From an uncultured Bordetella sp. (GTDB lineage Bacteria > Pseudomonadota > Gammaproteobacteria > Burkholderiales > SG8-39), in the NCBI GenBank assembly GCA_964564865.1, contig CAZMDA010000001.1, forward strand, positions 35,939 to 99,938: a stretch of 64,000 nucleotides of DNA. The letters run 5' to 3'. Positions 32,209 through 41,052 of the stretch are shown here, piece after piece. Numbering within the stretch: the first letter of the stretch is position 1; each line of letters opens with the position of its first letter. The position numbers and the translations under genes were made by a program. The notes under the pieces are model-generated. The model had not been told where the DNA came from. It ran no database searches and saw nothing but the letters and a program-made list of their open reading frames with translations.

Positions 32209-33555
32209 GTGCGATTCCGCGTCACCTCGATTGACCTGTTCGAGCGCGGCGTGCGGCTGCGCATGCCGTTCCGCTTCGGCGTGGTGACCCTGACGGCGGC
32301 GCCGCAGGCATTCGCGCGGGCGCGCATCCGGATGGAAGACGGCCGCGAGGGCGAGGGCGCCGCGGCGGAGATGCTGGTGCCGAAGTGGTTCGACAAGAAC
32401 CCGGCGCTGACCAACGAGGACAACTTCGCGCAACTGCGGGACTCGCTGCGCAAGGCGCGCGGGGACTACCTCGCGCACGAGCCGCGCAGCGCCTGGGCGC
32501 ATTCCTCGCCGGGCCGGGGGCTGGTGGAGAACTTCGGCCCGGCGCTGCTCGACCGCGCGCTGCTCGATGCGCTGTGCCGGGCGCAGGGCGTGTCCTTCTA
32601 CGACGCGGTGCGGGCCAACCTGCCGGGTGCCGGCGCCGTCGAGGGCATCGACCTGCCCGCGTTCTTCTCTAGCCTGCGTCCGTCGGGCGCGATCGCCGCG
32701 CGCCACACCGTGGGCCTGCTCGATCCGGTCACGGCCGCCGACGCGCAGGCGCGCATCGGCGACGGCTTGCCCGAGACGCTCGAAGAGGTCGTGGCGCGCT
32801 ACGGCCATCGCTGGTTCAAGCTCAAGGTGGGCGGCAGCCTGAAGGCGGACCTGGAACGCCTCGCCGCCATCGCCTCGGTGCTGGACCGGATCGCGGAACC
32901 CTACCGCGCCTCGCTGGATGGCAATGAGCAGTATGAGGACATGGCCGCCGTCGCCGAGCTGTGGTCGGCGATGTCCGCCGACGCGCGCCTGAGGCGGCTC
33001 GTGGACAGCATCGTGTTCATCGAGCAGCCGGTGAAGCGCGACCGGGCCCTGGCCTCCAGGGTCGAAGGCATCGCCAAGCCGGTGATCATCGACGAGTCGG
33101 ACGACGCCCTGGACGCCTTCCCGCGCGCGAAGTCGATGGGCTACCAGGGCGTGTCCTCCAAGACCTGCAAGGGCCTGTACAAGTCGCTGCTCAATGCCGC
33201 CCGCTGTGCGCGCTGGAACCGGGAGAAGGCTGGGACGGACCCCGCCTTCTTCATGACCGGCGAGGACCTGACCATCCAGCCGGGCCTCGCGCTGCAGCAG
33301 GACCTGGCGCTGGTGTCGCTGCTGGGCCTCGCGCACGTCGAGCGCAACGGGCATCATTACGTGAACGGCATGGCGGACCTGCCGGCCGCGGAGCAGGATG
33401 CCTTCCTCGCCGCGCACCCGGACCTGTACGAGCGCAGCCATGGCGCGGTGCGGCCGCGGATCGCGCGCGGCGAGCTGAGGATCGGCTCGCTCGCCTGCGC
33501 CGGCTTTGCCAGCGGCGCCATGCCCGACTGGAGTTCCATGCGGAGGCTGCATTGA
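32209..33555 (+). CDS. divergent enolase-superfamily (MR/MLE-like) protein
   Basis: 448 aa with a GTG start. FKLKVGG (KxK), SLDGNEQY, FIEQP and IIDESD line up with the enolase-superfamily metal-ligand strands. It is longer than typical members. Confidence 0.65.
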   Translation: MRFRVTSIDLFERGVRLRMPFRFGVVTLTAAPQAFARARIRMEDGREGEGAAAEMLVPKWFDKNPALTNEDNFAQLRDSLRKARGDYLAHEPRSAWAHSSPGRGLVENFGPALLDRALLDALCRAQGVSFYDAVRANLPGAGAVEGIDLPAFFSSLRPSGAIAARHTVGLLDPVTAADAQARIGDGLPETLEEVVARYGHRWFKLKVGGSLKADLERLAAIASVLDRIAEPYRASLDGNEQYEDMAAVAELWSAMSADARLRRLVDSIVFIEQPVKRDRALASRVEGIAKPVIIDESDDALDAFPRAKSMGYQGVSSKTCKGLYKSLLNAARCARWNREKAGTDPAFFMTGEDLTIQPGLALQQDLALVSLLGLAHVERNGHHYVNGMADLPAAEQDAFLAAHPDLYERSHGAVRPRIARGELRIGSLACAGFASGAMPDWSSMRRLH

Positions 33556-34019
33556 CGAAGGGATTCCGCCTCATCGCCACCAACCACACCAGCTTCACGG
33601 TGTCGGACCTGGACCGCTCGATCGCGTTCTTCCGCGACGGCTTCGGCTTCCAGGTGGTGTCCCGCGCGCCGCGCGACCCGCGCCTGGTGTCGCACATCAC
33701 CGGGGTGGCGGGCGCCGAGGTGGAAACCGCGTACCTGCGCGGGCCGGGCCACATGCTGGAGCTGATCGAGTACAAGGCGCCGGCCGGGCGCGGCAGGGTC
33801 CAGGCCCGGCCCTGCGACACCGGCTTCGCGCACGTCGCCTTCGACGTCGACAATGTGGAGGCGGCGATGCAGCAGGCGGTGCGGCACGGCGCCACCGCGG
33901 TCGCCGCGCCCTGCGAGATCAACGCCGGCCCGAACAAGGGCCGGCGCATCGTCTACGTCCGCGACTGGGACGGCGTCACCATCGAGTTCATCGAGTCCAA
34001 AGGGGGGAACCATGATTAG
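33552..34019 (+). CDS. VOC-family (glyoxalase/dioxygenase fold) protein
   Basis: TTG at 33552 overlapping the upstream stop (TTGA). HTSFTVSDLDRSIAFFRDGFGF and FAHVAFDVDNVEAA are paired beta-alpha-beta-beta-beta module motifs. Confidence 0.7.
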   Translation: MTKGFRLIATNHTSFTVSDLDRSIAFFRDGFGFQVVSRAPRDPRLVSHITGVAGAEVETAYLRGPGHMLELIEYKAPAGRGRVQARPCDTGFAHVAFDVDNVEAAMQQAVRHGATAVAAPCEINAGPNKGRRIVYVRDWDGVTIEFIESKGGNHD

Positions 34020-34962
34020 GGCCTTCGTTGCCATTGCACTTTCGTTCTGCGCCACGCTGGCCGCGGCGCAGGCGTTCCCGGCCAAGCCGGTGACGCTGCT
34101 CATCACCTTCCCGGCCGGAGGTCCGACCGACCTCGCGGGCCGGGCGCTCGCCGAGGCGACCTCGAAGTACCTCGGCCAGCCGGTGGTGGTGGAAAACCGT
34201 CCCGGCGCCACCGGGACCCTGGGCGCCGCGGCGCTGGTGAACGCGCGCCCCGACGGCTACACCGTGAGCATGATCCCGATCACGGTGCTGCGCCTGCCGC
34301 ACATGGAGAACGTGGCCTTCGACCCGATGAAGGACATCCGCTACGTGATGGGCGTCTCGGGCTACGTGTTCGCGGTGATCGTGCGCGCCGACTCGCCCTG
34401 GAAGAGCATGGCGGACCTGGTCGCGGCGGCCAAGGCGAAGCCCGGCGAGATCAGCTACGGCTCGCACGGCATCGGCGGCTCGGTGCACCTCGCCACCGAG
34501 GAGTTCTCGGCCGCGCAGGGCATCAAGCTGAACCACATCCCCTACAAGGGCAGCGCCGACATGCTGACCGCGATGCTGGGCGGGCACCTGAACGTCGCGG
34601 TGGACTCCACCGGCGCGGTGCCGCACGTGGCCGCGGGCCGGGCGCGGGTGCTGGCGGTGTTCACCGAGAAGCGCGCCGCCGTCTGGCCCGATGTGCCGAC
34701 GATGACCGAACTGGGTTACGGCATCGTCTCCACCAGCCCGTACGGCATCGGCGTGCCGGCGGCGACGCCGCCGGCGGTGGTGAAGGCGCTGCACGACGCG
34801 TTCAAGAGGGGCCTCGAGGACCCGATCCACACCAAGATGCTGGAGCGCTACAACCAGCCGCTGTGGTACCTGTCCTCCGAGGATTACACCAGGTGGGCGC
34901 GCGAGCAGTACGAGAAGGAGCGCGCCATCATCGAGCGCCTCGGCCTGTCGAAGAAGAAGTGA
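34012..34962 (+). CDS. Bug/TctC-family periplasmic carboxylate-binding protein (orphan)
   Basis: ATG at 34012. Signal peptide [21 protein letters not shown] followed by [19 protein letters not shown]...VENRPGA, typical of the Bug family. Confidence 0.85.
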   Translation: MIRAFVAIALSFCATLAAAQAFPAKPVTLLITFPAGGPTDLAGRALAEATSKYLGQPVVVENRPGATGTLGAAALVNARPDGYTVSMIPITVLRLPHMENVAFDPMKDIRYVMGVSGYVFAVIVRADSPWKSMADLVAAAKAKPGEISYGSHGIGGSVHLATEEFSAAQGIKLNHIPYKGSADMLTAMLGGHLNVAVDSTGAVPHVAAGRARVLAVFTEKRAAVWPDVPTMTELGYGIVSTSPYGIGVPAATPPAVVKALHDAFKRGLEDPIHTKMLERYNQPLWYLSSEDYTRWAREQYEKERAIIERLGLSKKK

Positions 34963-34967
34963 GCACC

Positions 34968-36128
34968 ATGACGCAAAAGCGCATCGGCATCATCATGCAC
35001 GGCGTCACCGGGCGCATGGGCATGAACCAGCACCTGGTGCGGTCGATCCTGGCGATCCGCAGGCAGGGCGGGGTGGTGCTGAAGGACGGCAGCCGCCTCA
35101 TGCCCGACCCGATCCTGGTTGGCCGCAACCCGGACAAGATCCGGGCGTTGGCGCGGGAGCACGGCGTCGAGCGCTGGGGCACGGACCTCGGGCAGGCGCT
35201 GCAGTCGACGGAGGACAGCGTGTTCTTCGACGCCGCCTCGACGCAGCTGCGGCCGAAGCTCCTCAAGCAGGCGATCGCCGCCGGGAAGCACATCTACTGC
35301 GAGAAGCCGGTGTCCACCACCCTCGCCGAGGCCATGGACCTCTACCGGGCGGCGAAGAAGGCGAAGGTGAAGCACGGCGTGGTGCAGGACAAGCTGTGGC
35401 TGCCCGGGCTGCTCAAGCTGGCGAAGCTGCGGGACCAGGGCTTCTTCGGCCGCATCCTGTCGGTGCGCGGGGAGTTCGGCTACTGGGTGTTCGAGGGCGA
35501 CCCGGCGCGGGATCGACCGGCCCAGCGCCCGTCCTGGAACTACCGCAAGCAGGACGGCGGCGGGATCATCCTCGACATGCTGTGCCACTGGCGCTACGTG
35601 CTGGACAACCTGTTCGGCGAAGTGCAGGCACTGTCCTGCCTGGGCGCCACCCACATCCCGCAGCGCTGGGACGAGAACGGCAGGAAGTACAAGGCGACGG
35701 CGGACGACGCGGCCTACGCCACCTTCCGCCTCAAGGGCAACATCATTGCGCATTTCAATTCCTCCTGGACGGTGCGGGTGCGGCGCGACGACCTGCTCAC
35801 GCTGCAGGTGGACGGCACCGAGGGCAGCGCGGTGGCGGGCCTGCGCGGCTGCCGGATCCAGTCCTACGCCGATACGCCCAAGCCCGTCTGGAATCCGGAC
35901 ATCCCGCAGCCGATCGATTTCTACGCCGGCTGGAAGGAAGTGCCGGACGAGGACGCCGACAACGCCTTCAAGGCGCAGTGGGAACTGTTCCTGCGCCATG
36001 TCGCCGGAGAATCGAGGACCTTCCGCTGGGGGCTGCTGGAAGGGGCCAAGGGCGTGCAACTGGCGGAGCTGGGCCTGAAGAGCTGGAAGCAGAAGAAGTG
36101 GCTGGACGTGCCGAAGATCAAGCCATGA
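34968..36128 (+). CDS. Gfo/Idh/MocA-family oxidoreductase
   Basis: ATG at 34968. N-terminal Rossmann [13 protein letters not shown] and the EKP motif (IYCEKPVS). Confidence 0.8.
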   Translation: MTQKRIGIIMHGVTGRMGMNQHLVRSILAIRRQGGVVLKDGSRLMPDPILVGRNPDKIRALAREHGVERWGTDLGQALQSTEDSVFFDAASTQLRPKLLKQAIAAGKHIYCEKPVSTTLAEAMDLYRAAKKAKVKHGVVQDKLWLPGLLKLAKLRDQGFFGRILSVRGEFGYWVFEGDPARDRPAQRPSWNYRKQDGGGIILDMLCHWRYVLDNLFGEVQALSCLGATHIPQRWDENGRKYKATADDAAYATFRLKGNIIAHFNSSWTVRVRRDDLLTLQVDGTEGSAVAGLRGCRIQSYADTPKPVWNPDIPQPIDFYAGWKEVPDEDADNAFKAQWELFLRHVAGESRTFRWGLLEGAKGVQLAELGLKSWKQKKWLDVPKIKP

Positions 36129-37291
36129 AACGCGACGTCCTCCTGTCGATCGACCTTCCCGCCTCCAGCGGGAAGGTCGAAACCTATGCCGTTCGCGAAC
36201 CGAGGCGTTTCGACCGGCCGGCGAAGCCCTTCACCCGCGTCGCCTACGCCGCGGCGCACGTCGTTGCCGACCCCCTCTCGGCGAAGGAGCCCTGGCTGGA
36301 GGCGGCAATCGACTGGGACGCCACGCTCGCCTACCGGCGGCACCTGTGGTCCTGGGGCTTCGGCATCGCCGAATCCATGGACACCGCGCAGCGCGGCATG
36401 GGACTGGACTGGACCAACTCGCTGGAGCTGATCCGCCGCACGCTGGCCGAAGCCGGGCCCGGCTGCGTCGTGGCCTCGGGGGCGGGCACCGACCACCTGC
36501 CGTCGGGCGGGCATGCCATCGACCGCGTCATCGCGGCCTACGAGGAACAGTGCGCCGCGATCGAGAAGCTGGGCGGCCGCATCATCCTGATGGCGAGCCG
36601 CGCGCTGGCGGCGTCGGCCAGGTCGCCTGACGACTACGCAAAGGTCTACGATCGCATCCTCGGCCAGGTGAAGCAGCCGGTGATCATCCACTGGCTGGGC
36701 GAGATGTTCGACCCGGCGCTGGCCGGCTACTGGGGGAAGCAGGACCACCTCGAGGCCATGGACGTGTGCCTCGCGATGCTCGCGCGCAACGCGGCGAAGG
36801 TGGACGGGATCAAGATCTCCCTGCTCGACAAGGACAAGGAAATCCGCATGCGCCGCCGCCTGCCCGCGGGCGTGCGCATGTACACCGGCGACGACTTCAA
36901 CTTCGCCGAGCTGATCGAGGGCGACGCGCAGGGATACTCGGATGCGCTGCTGGGGATCTTCGATTCCATCGCGCCCGCCGCTTCCGCCGCCCTGTCGTCG
37001 CTCGCGGCGAAGGACAGCGCGACCTACCACGACATCCTCGGCCCCACGGTGCCGCTGTCGCGCCACATCTTCCGGGCGCCGACGCGCTTCTACAAGACCG
37101 GCGTGGTGTTCATGGCCTGGCTGAACGGGCACCAGGACCACTTCGTCATGGTGGGCGGCCAGCAGAGCGCGCGCAGCATCCTGCATTTCGCCGAACTGTT
37201 CCGGCTCGCAGACGCCGCCGGCCTCCTGCAGGATCCGCCGCTCGCCTGCGCGCGCATGAAGCAGCTGCTGGCGACGCATGGCTGCGCCTGA
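36125..37291 (+). CDS. DUF993-like / DHDPS-fold TIM-barrel protein of unknown function
   Basis: ATG at 36125 (ATGA overlap). About 388 aa. The size and its position between a Gfo/Idh/MocA gene and a sugar-phosphate-isomerase-like gene match my recollection of the DUF993 family. An HMM search is needed to confirm. Confidence 0.5.
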   Translation: MKRDVLLSIDLPASSGKVETYAVREPRRFDRPAKPFTRVAYAAAHVVADPLSAKEPWLEAAIDWDATLAYRRHLWSWGFGIAESMDTAQRGMGLDWTNSLELIRRTLAEAGPGCVVASGAGTDHLPSGGHAIDRVIAAYEEQCAAIEKLGGRIILMASRALAASARSPDDYAKVYDRILGQVKQPVIIHWLGEMFDPALAGYWGKQDHLEAMDVCLAMLARNAAKVDGIKISLLDKDKEIRMRRRLPAGVRMYTGDDFNFAELIEGDAQGYSDALLGIFDSIAPAASAALSSLAAKDSATYHDILGPTVPLSRHIFRAPTRFYKTGVVFMAWLNGHQDHFVMVGGQQSARSILHFAELFRLADAAGLLQDPPLACARMKQLLATHGCA

Positions 37292-38111
37292 TCCGCATCG
37301 GGCCGCGCCCGATCCTTCCAGGCTGTCGCTCAACACCGCCACCGTGAAGGCGCAGTGGACGCTGGCGCAGGCCATCGAGGGCTGCGCGCGCCACGGCTAC
37401 GGCGGTATTTCGCCCTGGCGCGACAAGCTGGCGCAGATGGGCCTCAAGGCGGCGAAGAAGGCCATCGAGGCCCACGACCTCGCCGTGACTGGCCTGTGCC
37501 GCGGCGGCTTCTTCGCCGCGAAGGACTGGCGCGACGACAACCGCCGCGCCATCGAGGAGGCGCACGAGCTGCAGGCGCAGTGCCTCGTGCTGGTGGTGGG
37601 CGGCCTGCCGCAGGGCTCGAAGGACATCGGCCACGCCCGCGAGCGGGTGCAGGAGTGCATCGCCCTGATCCTGCCCGAGGCGCGCGCCGCCGGCGTGCCG
37701 CTCGCCATCGAGCCGCTGCATCCGATGCAGGCCGCCGAGCGCGCCTGCGTCAACACGCTGGAGCAGGCGCTCGACATCTGCGACGCGCTCGGCGATGGCA
37801 TGGGCGTCGCGGTGGACGTCTACCACACCTGGTGGGACCCGAAGCTCGAGGCGCAGATCGCGCGCGCGGGCCGGAAGCGCATCCTCGCGTACCACATCTG
37901 CGACTGGCTGGTGCCGACGCGCGACCTGTTGAACGACCGCGGCATGATGGGCGACGGCGTCATCGACCTGCCGCGCATCCGCGGCTGGGTGGAGCAGGCG
38001 GGCTACGCCGGCCTGCACGAAGTGGAGATCTTCTCCGAGCTCGACTGGTGGAAGCGGGACCCGGACGAGGTGCTCGCGACCTGCAAGGACCGCTACCTGA
38101 CGGCAACGTGA
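37278..38111 (+). CDS. sugar phosphate isomerase/epimerase (xylose-isomerase-like TIM barrel)
   Basis: 277 aa, 14-nt overlap with the upstream gene. LSLNTATV, LAIEPLHP, VDVYHTWWD and GVIDL blocks are typical of the AP_endonuc_2 fold. Confidence 0.75.
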   Translation: MAAPDPHRAAPDPSRLSLNTATVKAQWTLAQAIEGCARHGYGGISPWRDKLAQMGLKAAKKAIEAHDLAVTGLCRGGFFAAKDWRDDNRRAIEEAHELQAQCLVLVVGGLPQGSKDIGHARERVQECIALILPEARAAGVPLAIEPLHPMQAAERACVNTLEQALDICDALGDGMGVAVDVYHTWWDPKLEAQIARAGRKRILAYHICDWLVPTRDLLNDRGMMGDGVIDLPRIRGWVEQAGYAGLHEVEIFSELDWWKRDPDEVLATCKDRYLTAT

Positions 38112-38122
38112 AGGAGGCTTGA

Positions 38123-39172
38123 ATGCGCGGCGCAGTGTTCCTCGGCGACCGGAAGATCGAGATCCGCAGCTTCCCCGACCCGACGCCCGGCCCGGGCGAG
38201 GTGGTGATCCAGATGAAGGCCTCGGGCATGTGCGGCAGCGACCTCAAGTTCTACCGCCCGCCCCCGGGCGAGGCGCAGAAGGCGCTGGGGCTGGGCAACA
38301 ACACCGAGCCGTTCATCGGCGGCCACGAGCCCTGCGGCGTCATCGTCGCGCGCGGCGCCGGCGTGTCCGAACGCGAAGCGCCCATCGGCCAGCGCGTCAT
38401 GAACCACCACTACGCCGGCTGCGGCGTCTGCGGCCACTGCCGCGTGGGCTGGTCGCAGCTGTGCCGCGCCGGGATCGTGGTCTACGGGGTCACCGGCGAC
38501 GGCGGCCATGCCGAGTACCTGAAGGCACCGGCGCGCACCATGGTGCCGCTGCCCGAGGAGCTGTCGTTCTCCGAGGGCGCGGCGGTGTCCTGCGGCACCG
38601 GCACCGCGTTCGGCGCGCTGCGGCGCATGCAGACGCAGGGCGGGCAGACGCTGGCGGTGTTCGGCCAGGGGCCGGTGGGCCTGTCGGCGACGCTGCTCGG
38701 CGCGAAGATGGGCGCGCGCGTGATTGCCGTGGAAACGAACGCCGAGCGCCTCGCGCTGGCGAAGCGCTTCGGCGCCGACGCGCTCGTCGATGCGACGAAA
38801 GTGGAGGTGGTGCAGGCGCTGAAGGACCTCACCCGCGGCGAGGGCGTGGACCTGACGCTGGAGTGCAGCAGCGCGCCGGCGGCGCGGCTGGCGGCGGTGC
38901 GCGCGGTGAAGACCTGGGGCACGGCCTGCTTCGTGGGCGAGGGCGGCAACGTGACGCTCGACGTGTCCCCCGACCTGCTGCGCCGGCAGGTGACCCTGAT
39001 CGGCTCCTGGACCTTCAGCGCCATGGGCATGGGCGAGTGCGCGCGCTTCGTCGCCGACAACCGCATCCCGCTGGACAGCATCTTCACGCACCGCTGGAAG
39101 CTGGACCAGGCCGCCGAGGCCTACAAGGTCTTCGACGCCCAGTCCTCGGGCAAGGGCGTGTTCGAGTTCTAG
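38123..39172 (+). CDS. zinc-dependent alcohol/polyol dehydrogenase (MDR family)
   Basis: 349 aa. CGSD...GHE catalytic zinc, CGVCGHCRVGWSQLC structural zinc, and GQGPVG Rossmann motif. Confidence 0.85.
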   Translation: MRGAVFLGDRKIEIRSFPDPTPGPGEVVIQMKASGMCGSDLKFYRPPPGEAQKALGLGNNTEPFIGGHEPCGVIVARGAGVSEREAPIGQRVMNHHYAGCGVCGHCRVGWSQLCRAGIVVYGVTGDGGHAEYLKAPARTMVPLPEELSFSEGAAVSCGTGTAFGALRRMQTQGGQTLAVFGQGPVGLSATLLGAKMGARVIAVETNAERLALAKRFGADALVDATKVEVVQALKDLTRGEGVDLTLECSSAPAARLAAVRAVKTWGTACFVGEGGNVTLDVSPDLLRRQVTLIGSWTFSAMGMGECARFVADNRIPLDSIFTHRWKLDQAAEAYKVFDAQSSGKGVFEF

Positions 39173-40116
39173 AAGTAGGCGACGCCCTGGGTGTTGACGT
39201 AGAGGGCGTAGATCGAGGTCGTCGCCGCCATGAACAGGCGGTTGCGCTGCGTGCCGCCGAAGCAGACGTTGGCGCAGCGCTCCGGCAGGTCGATGCGACC
39301 GATGAGTTTCCCGGCCGGATTGAAGACGTGCACGCCGTCCAGCCCCGCCTCGCCCATGCCCCAGCCGCACCACAGGTTGCCGTCGACGTCGACGCGGAAG
39401 CCGTCGGGGGTGCCCTTGGGGCCGGCGTCGATCAGGACGCGGCGGTTGGCCAGGGTCCGGCCCTCCACCACGTCGTAGGCGAGGATCTTGCGCGGCACCG
39501 AGCGCGACTCGACGATGTAGAGGACCTTCTCGTCCGGGGAGAAGGCGAGGCCGTTGGGCTGATTGATGCCCTCAGCGACCACCGTCGCCTTGCCCGACGT
39601 ATCCAGCCGGTAGACGTTCGTCGGCAGTTCCGGCTCGGCCTTCGCGCCCTCGTAGTGGCCGAGGATGCCGAAGCTGGGGTCGGTGAACCAGATCGAGCGG
39701 TCGGACTTGCAGACGATGTCGTTGGGCGAATTCAGGCGCCTGCCCTCGAAGCGGTCGATCAGCGTCGTGACGCGGCCGTCGTATTCGGTGCGTGACACCC
39801 GGCGGCCGCCGTGCTCGCAGGTGAGCAGGCGCCCGCGGCGGTCGCGGGTATTGCCGTTGGCGTGGCCGGAGGGGCTGCGGAACACGCTGGTGGTCCCGGT
39901 CTCCTCGTCCCAGCGGTACATGCGGTTTCCCGGCACGTCGCTCCACACCAGGCTGCGCGCATCGCCCAGCCAGACCGGGCCCTCGGCCCAGCGGAAACCG
40001 GTGGCGAGGCGCTCCACCTTCGCGAGCGGCAGGCGGTAGCGGTTGAAGGATTCGTCCACGGCCACGACGGCGGGATCGGGAACGCGCTGGCTGGGGTGCC
40101 ACTCGATGGTGTCCAT
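39169..40116 (-). CDS. SMP-30/gluconolactonase/LRE-family lactonase
   Basis: 315 aa. AEGPVW, NSPNDIV, PNGLAFSPDE, PDGFRVDVDGNLW propeller motifs. Confidence 0.85.
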   Translation of the reverse strand: MDTIEWHPSQRVPDPAVVAVDESFNRYRLPLAKVERLATGFRWAEGPVWLGDARSLVWSDVPGNRMYRWDEETGTTSVFRSPSGHANGNTRDRRGRLLTCEHGGRRVSRTEYDGRVTTLIDRFEGRRLNSPNDIVCKSDRSIWFTDPSFGILGHYEGAKAEPELPTNVYRLDTSGKATVVAEGINQPNGLAFSPDEKVLYIVESRSVPRKILAYDVVEGRTLANRRVLIDAGPKGTPDGFRVDVDGNLWCGWGMGEAGLDGVHVFNPAGKLIGRIDLPERCANVCFGGTQRNRLFMAATTSIYALYVNTQGVAYF

Positions 40117-40122
40117 GGCGGC

Positions 40123-40128
40123 ATTATT
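40123..40128 (-). promoter_or_regulatory. -10-like AATAAT located 6 nt upstream of the lactonase ATG
   Basis: Minus strand reads GAAATAATGCCGCCATGGAC. No Shine-Dalgarno is present. Confidence 0.35.
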
Positions 40129-40185
40129 TCATCAACCGGGGCGCGCCCGGCGATACTTCCGGGGGCGAAAGGAGCAGATACAGCC

Positions 40186-41007
40186 ATGAAGAAGACCATC
40201 CTCATCACCGGCGCCGCGGGCGACGTCGGCACCCACCTGCGCCGGGAGCTGGCGAAGAAGTATCGCATCAGGGCATCGGACCTGCGGTCGCTGAAGAAGG
40301 TCGGAAAGGAGACCTTCATGCGCGCCGACATCTCCCGGATGGCCGACGCCCTGCGCATCACGAAGGGCGTGGACGCCATCGTGCACCTGGGCGGCTACTC
40401 GGTGGAGGGGCCCTGGGAGGGCATCCTCAGCGCCAACATCGTCGGCTGCTACAACGTGTTCGAGGCCGCACGCAGGAACGGCGTGAAGCGGATCGTGTTC
40501 CCGACCTCGAATCATGCCGTCGGGTTCTACAGGCGCAGCACGACCATCGACCACCGCGTCTACCCGAAGCCCGACAGCCGCTACGGCGTGTCCAAGGTGT
40601 TCGGCGAGGCGCTGGGCAGCCTCTACGCCGACAAGTACGGCATGGAGTTCCTGATGATTCGCGTCGGCAACGTCAACCCGGCGCCGATCGACAAGCGGCG
40701 CCTGTCCATCTGGGTTAGCCCGCGCGACCTCGCGCAGCTGGTGACGATCGGCATCGAGCATCCGGAGATCCGCTTCGAGATCGTCTACGGCATCTCGGGC
40801 AACACGCGCGCCTGGTATGACAACGCGAACGCCTTTCGCCTTGGCTACAAGCCGAAGGACAACGCCGAGGCCTGGGCGGTGGAGGTGCTGGCGAAGGAGA
40901 AGAAGGGCGATCCGGTCGCCGAGAAGTACCAGGGCGGGGTGTTCTGCGCCGTGGAGGAAGTGCCCAATCCGGCGCCGCTGCCGAAGCGGCGGCGCGCCGC
41001 CCGCTAG
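40186..41007 (+). CDS. udh: uronate dehydrogenase-like NAD-dependent epimerase/dehydratase family protein
   Basis: ATG at 40186 after AAAGGAG. ILITGAAGDVG, IVHLGGYSVEGPWE, SNHAVGFY, YGVSKVFGE and WYDN...LGYKPKDNAE match my memory of Agrobacterium/Pseudomonas Udh. Confidence 0.7.
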   Translation: MKKTILITGAAGDVGTHLRRELAKKYRIRASDLRSLKKVGKETFMRADISRMADALRITKGVDAIVHLGGYSVEGPWEGILSANIVGCYNVFEAARRNGVKRIVFPTSNHAVGFYRRSTTIDHRVYPKPDSRYGVSKVFGEALGSLYADKYGMEFLMIRVGNVNPAPIDKRRLSIWVSPRDLAQLVTIGIEHPEIRFEIVYGISGNTRAWYDNANAFRLGYKPKDNAEAWAVEVLAKEKKGDPVAEKYQGGVFCAVEEVPNPAPLPKRRRAAR

Positions 41008-41037
41008 CCCGAATGTGCACGATCGTGCACATTCGGG
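41008..41037. repeat. 30-bp perfect palindrome CCCGAATGTGCACGATCGTGCACATTCGGG
   Basis: Starts 1 nt after the udh stop, in the convergent gap before the DUF4340 gene. It shares the AATGT-N3-CGATCG-N3-ACATT core with 59688-59709. Confidence 0.85.
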
Positions 41038-41052
41038 GGCCTTCCGCCCTGG

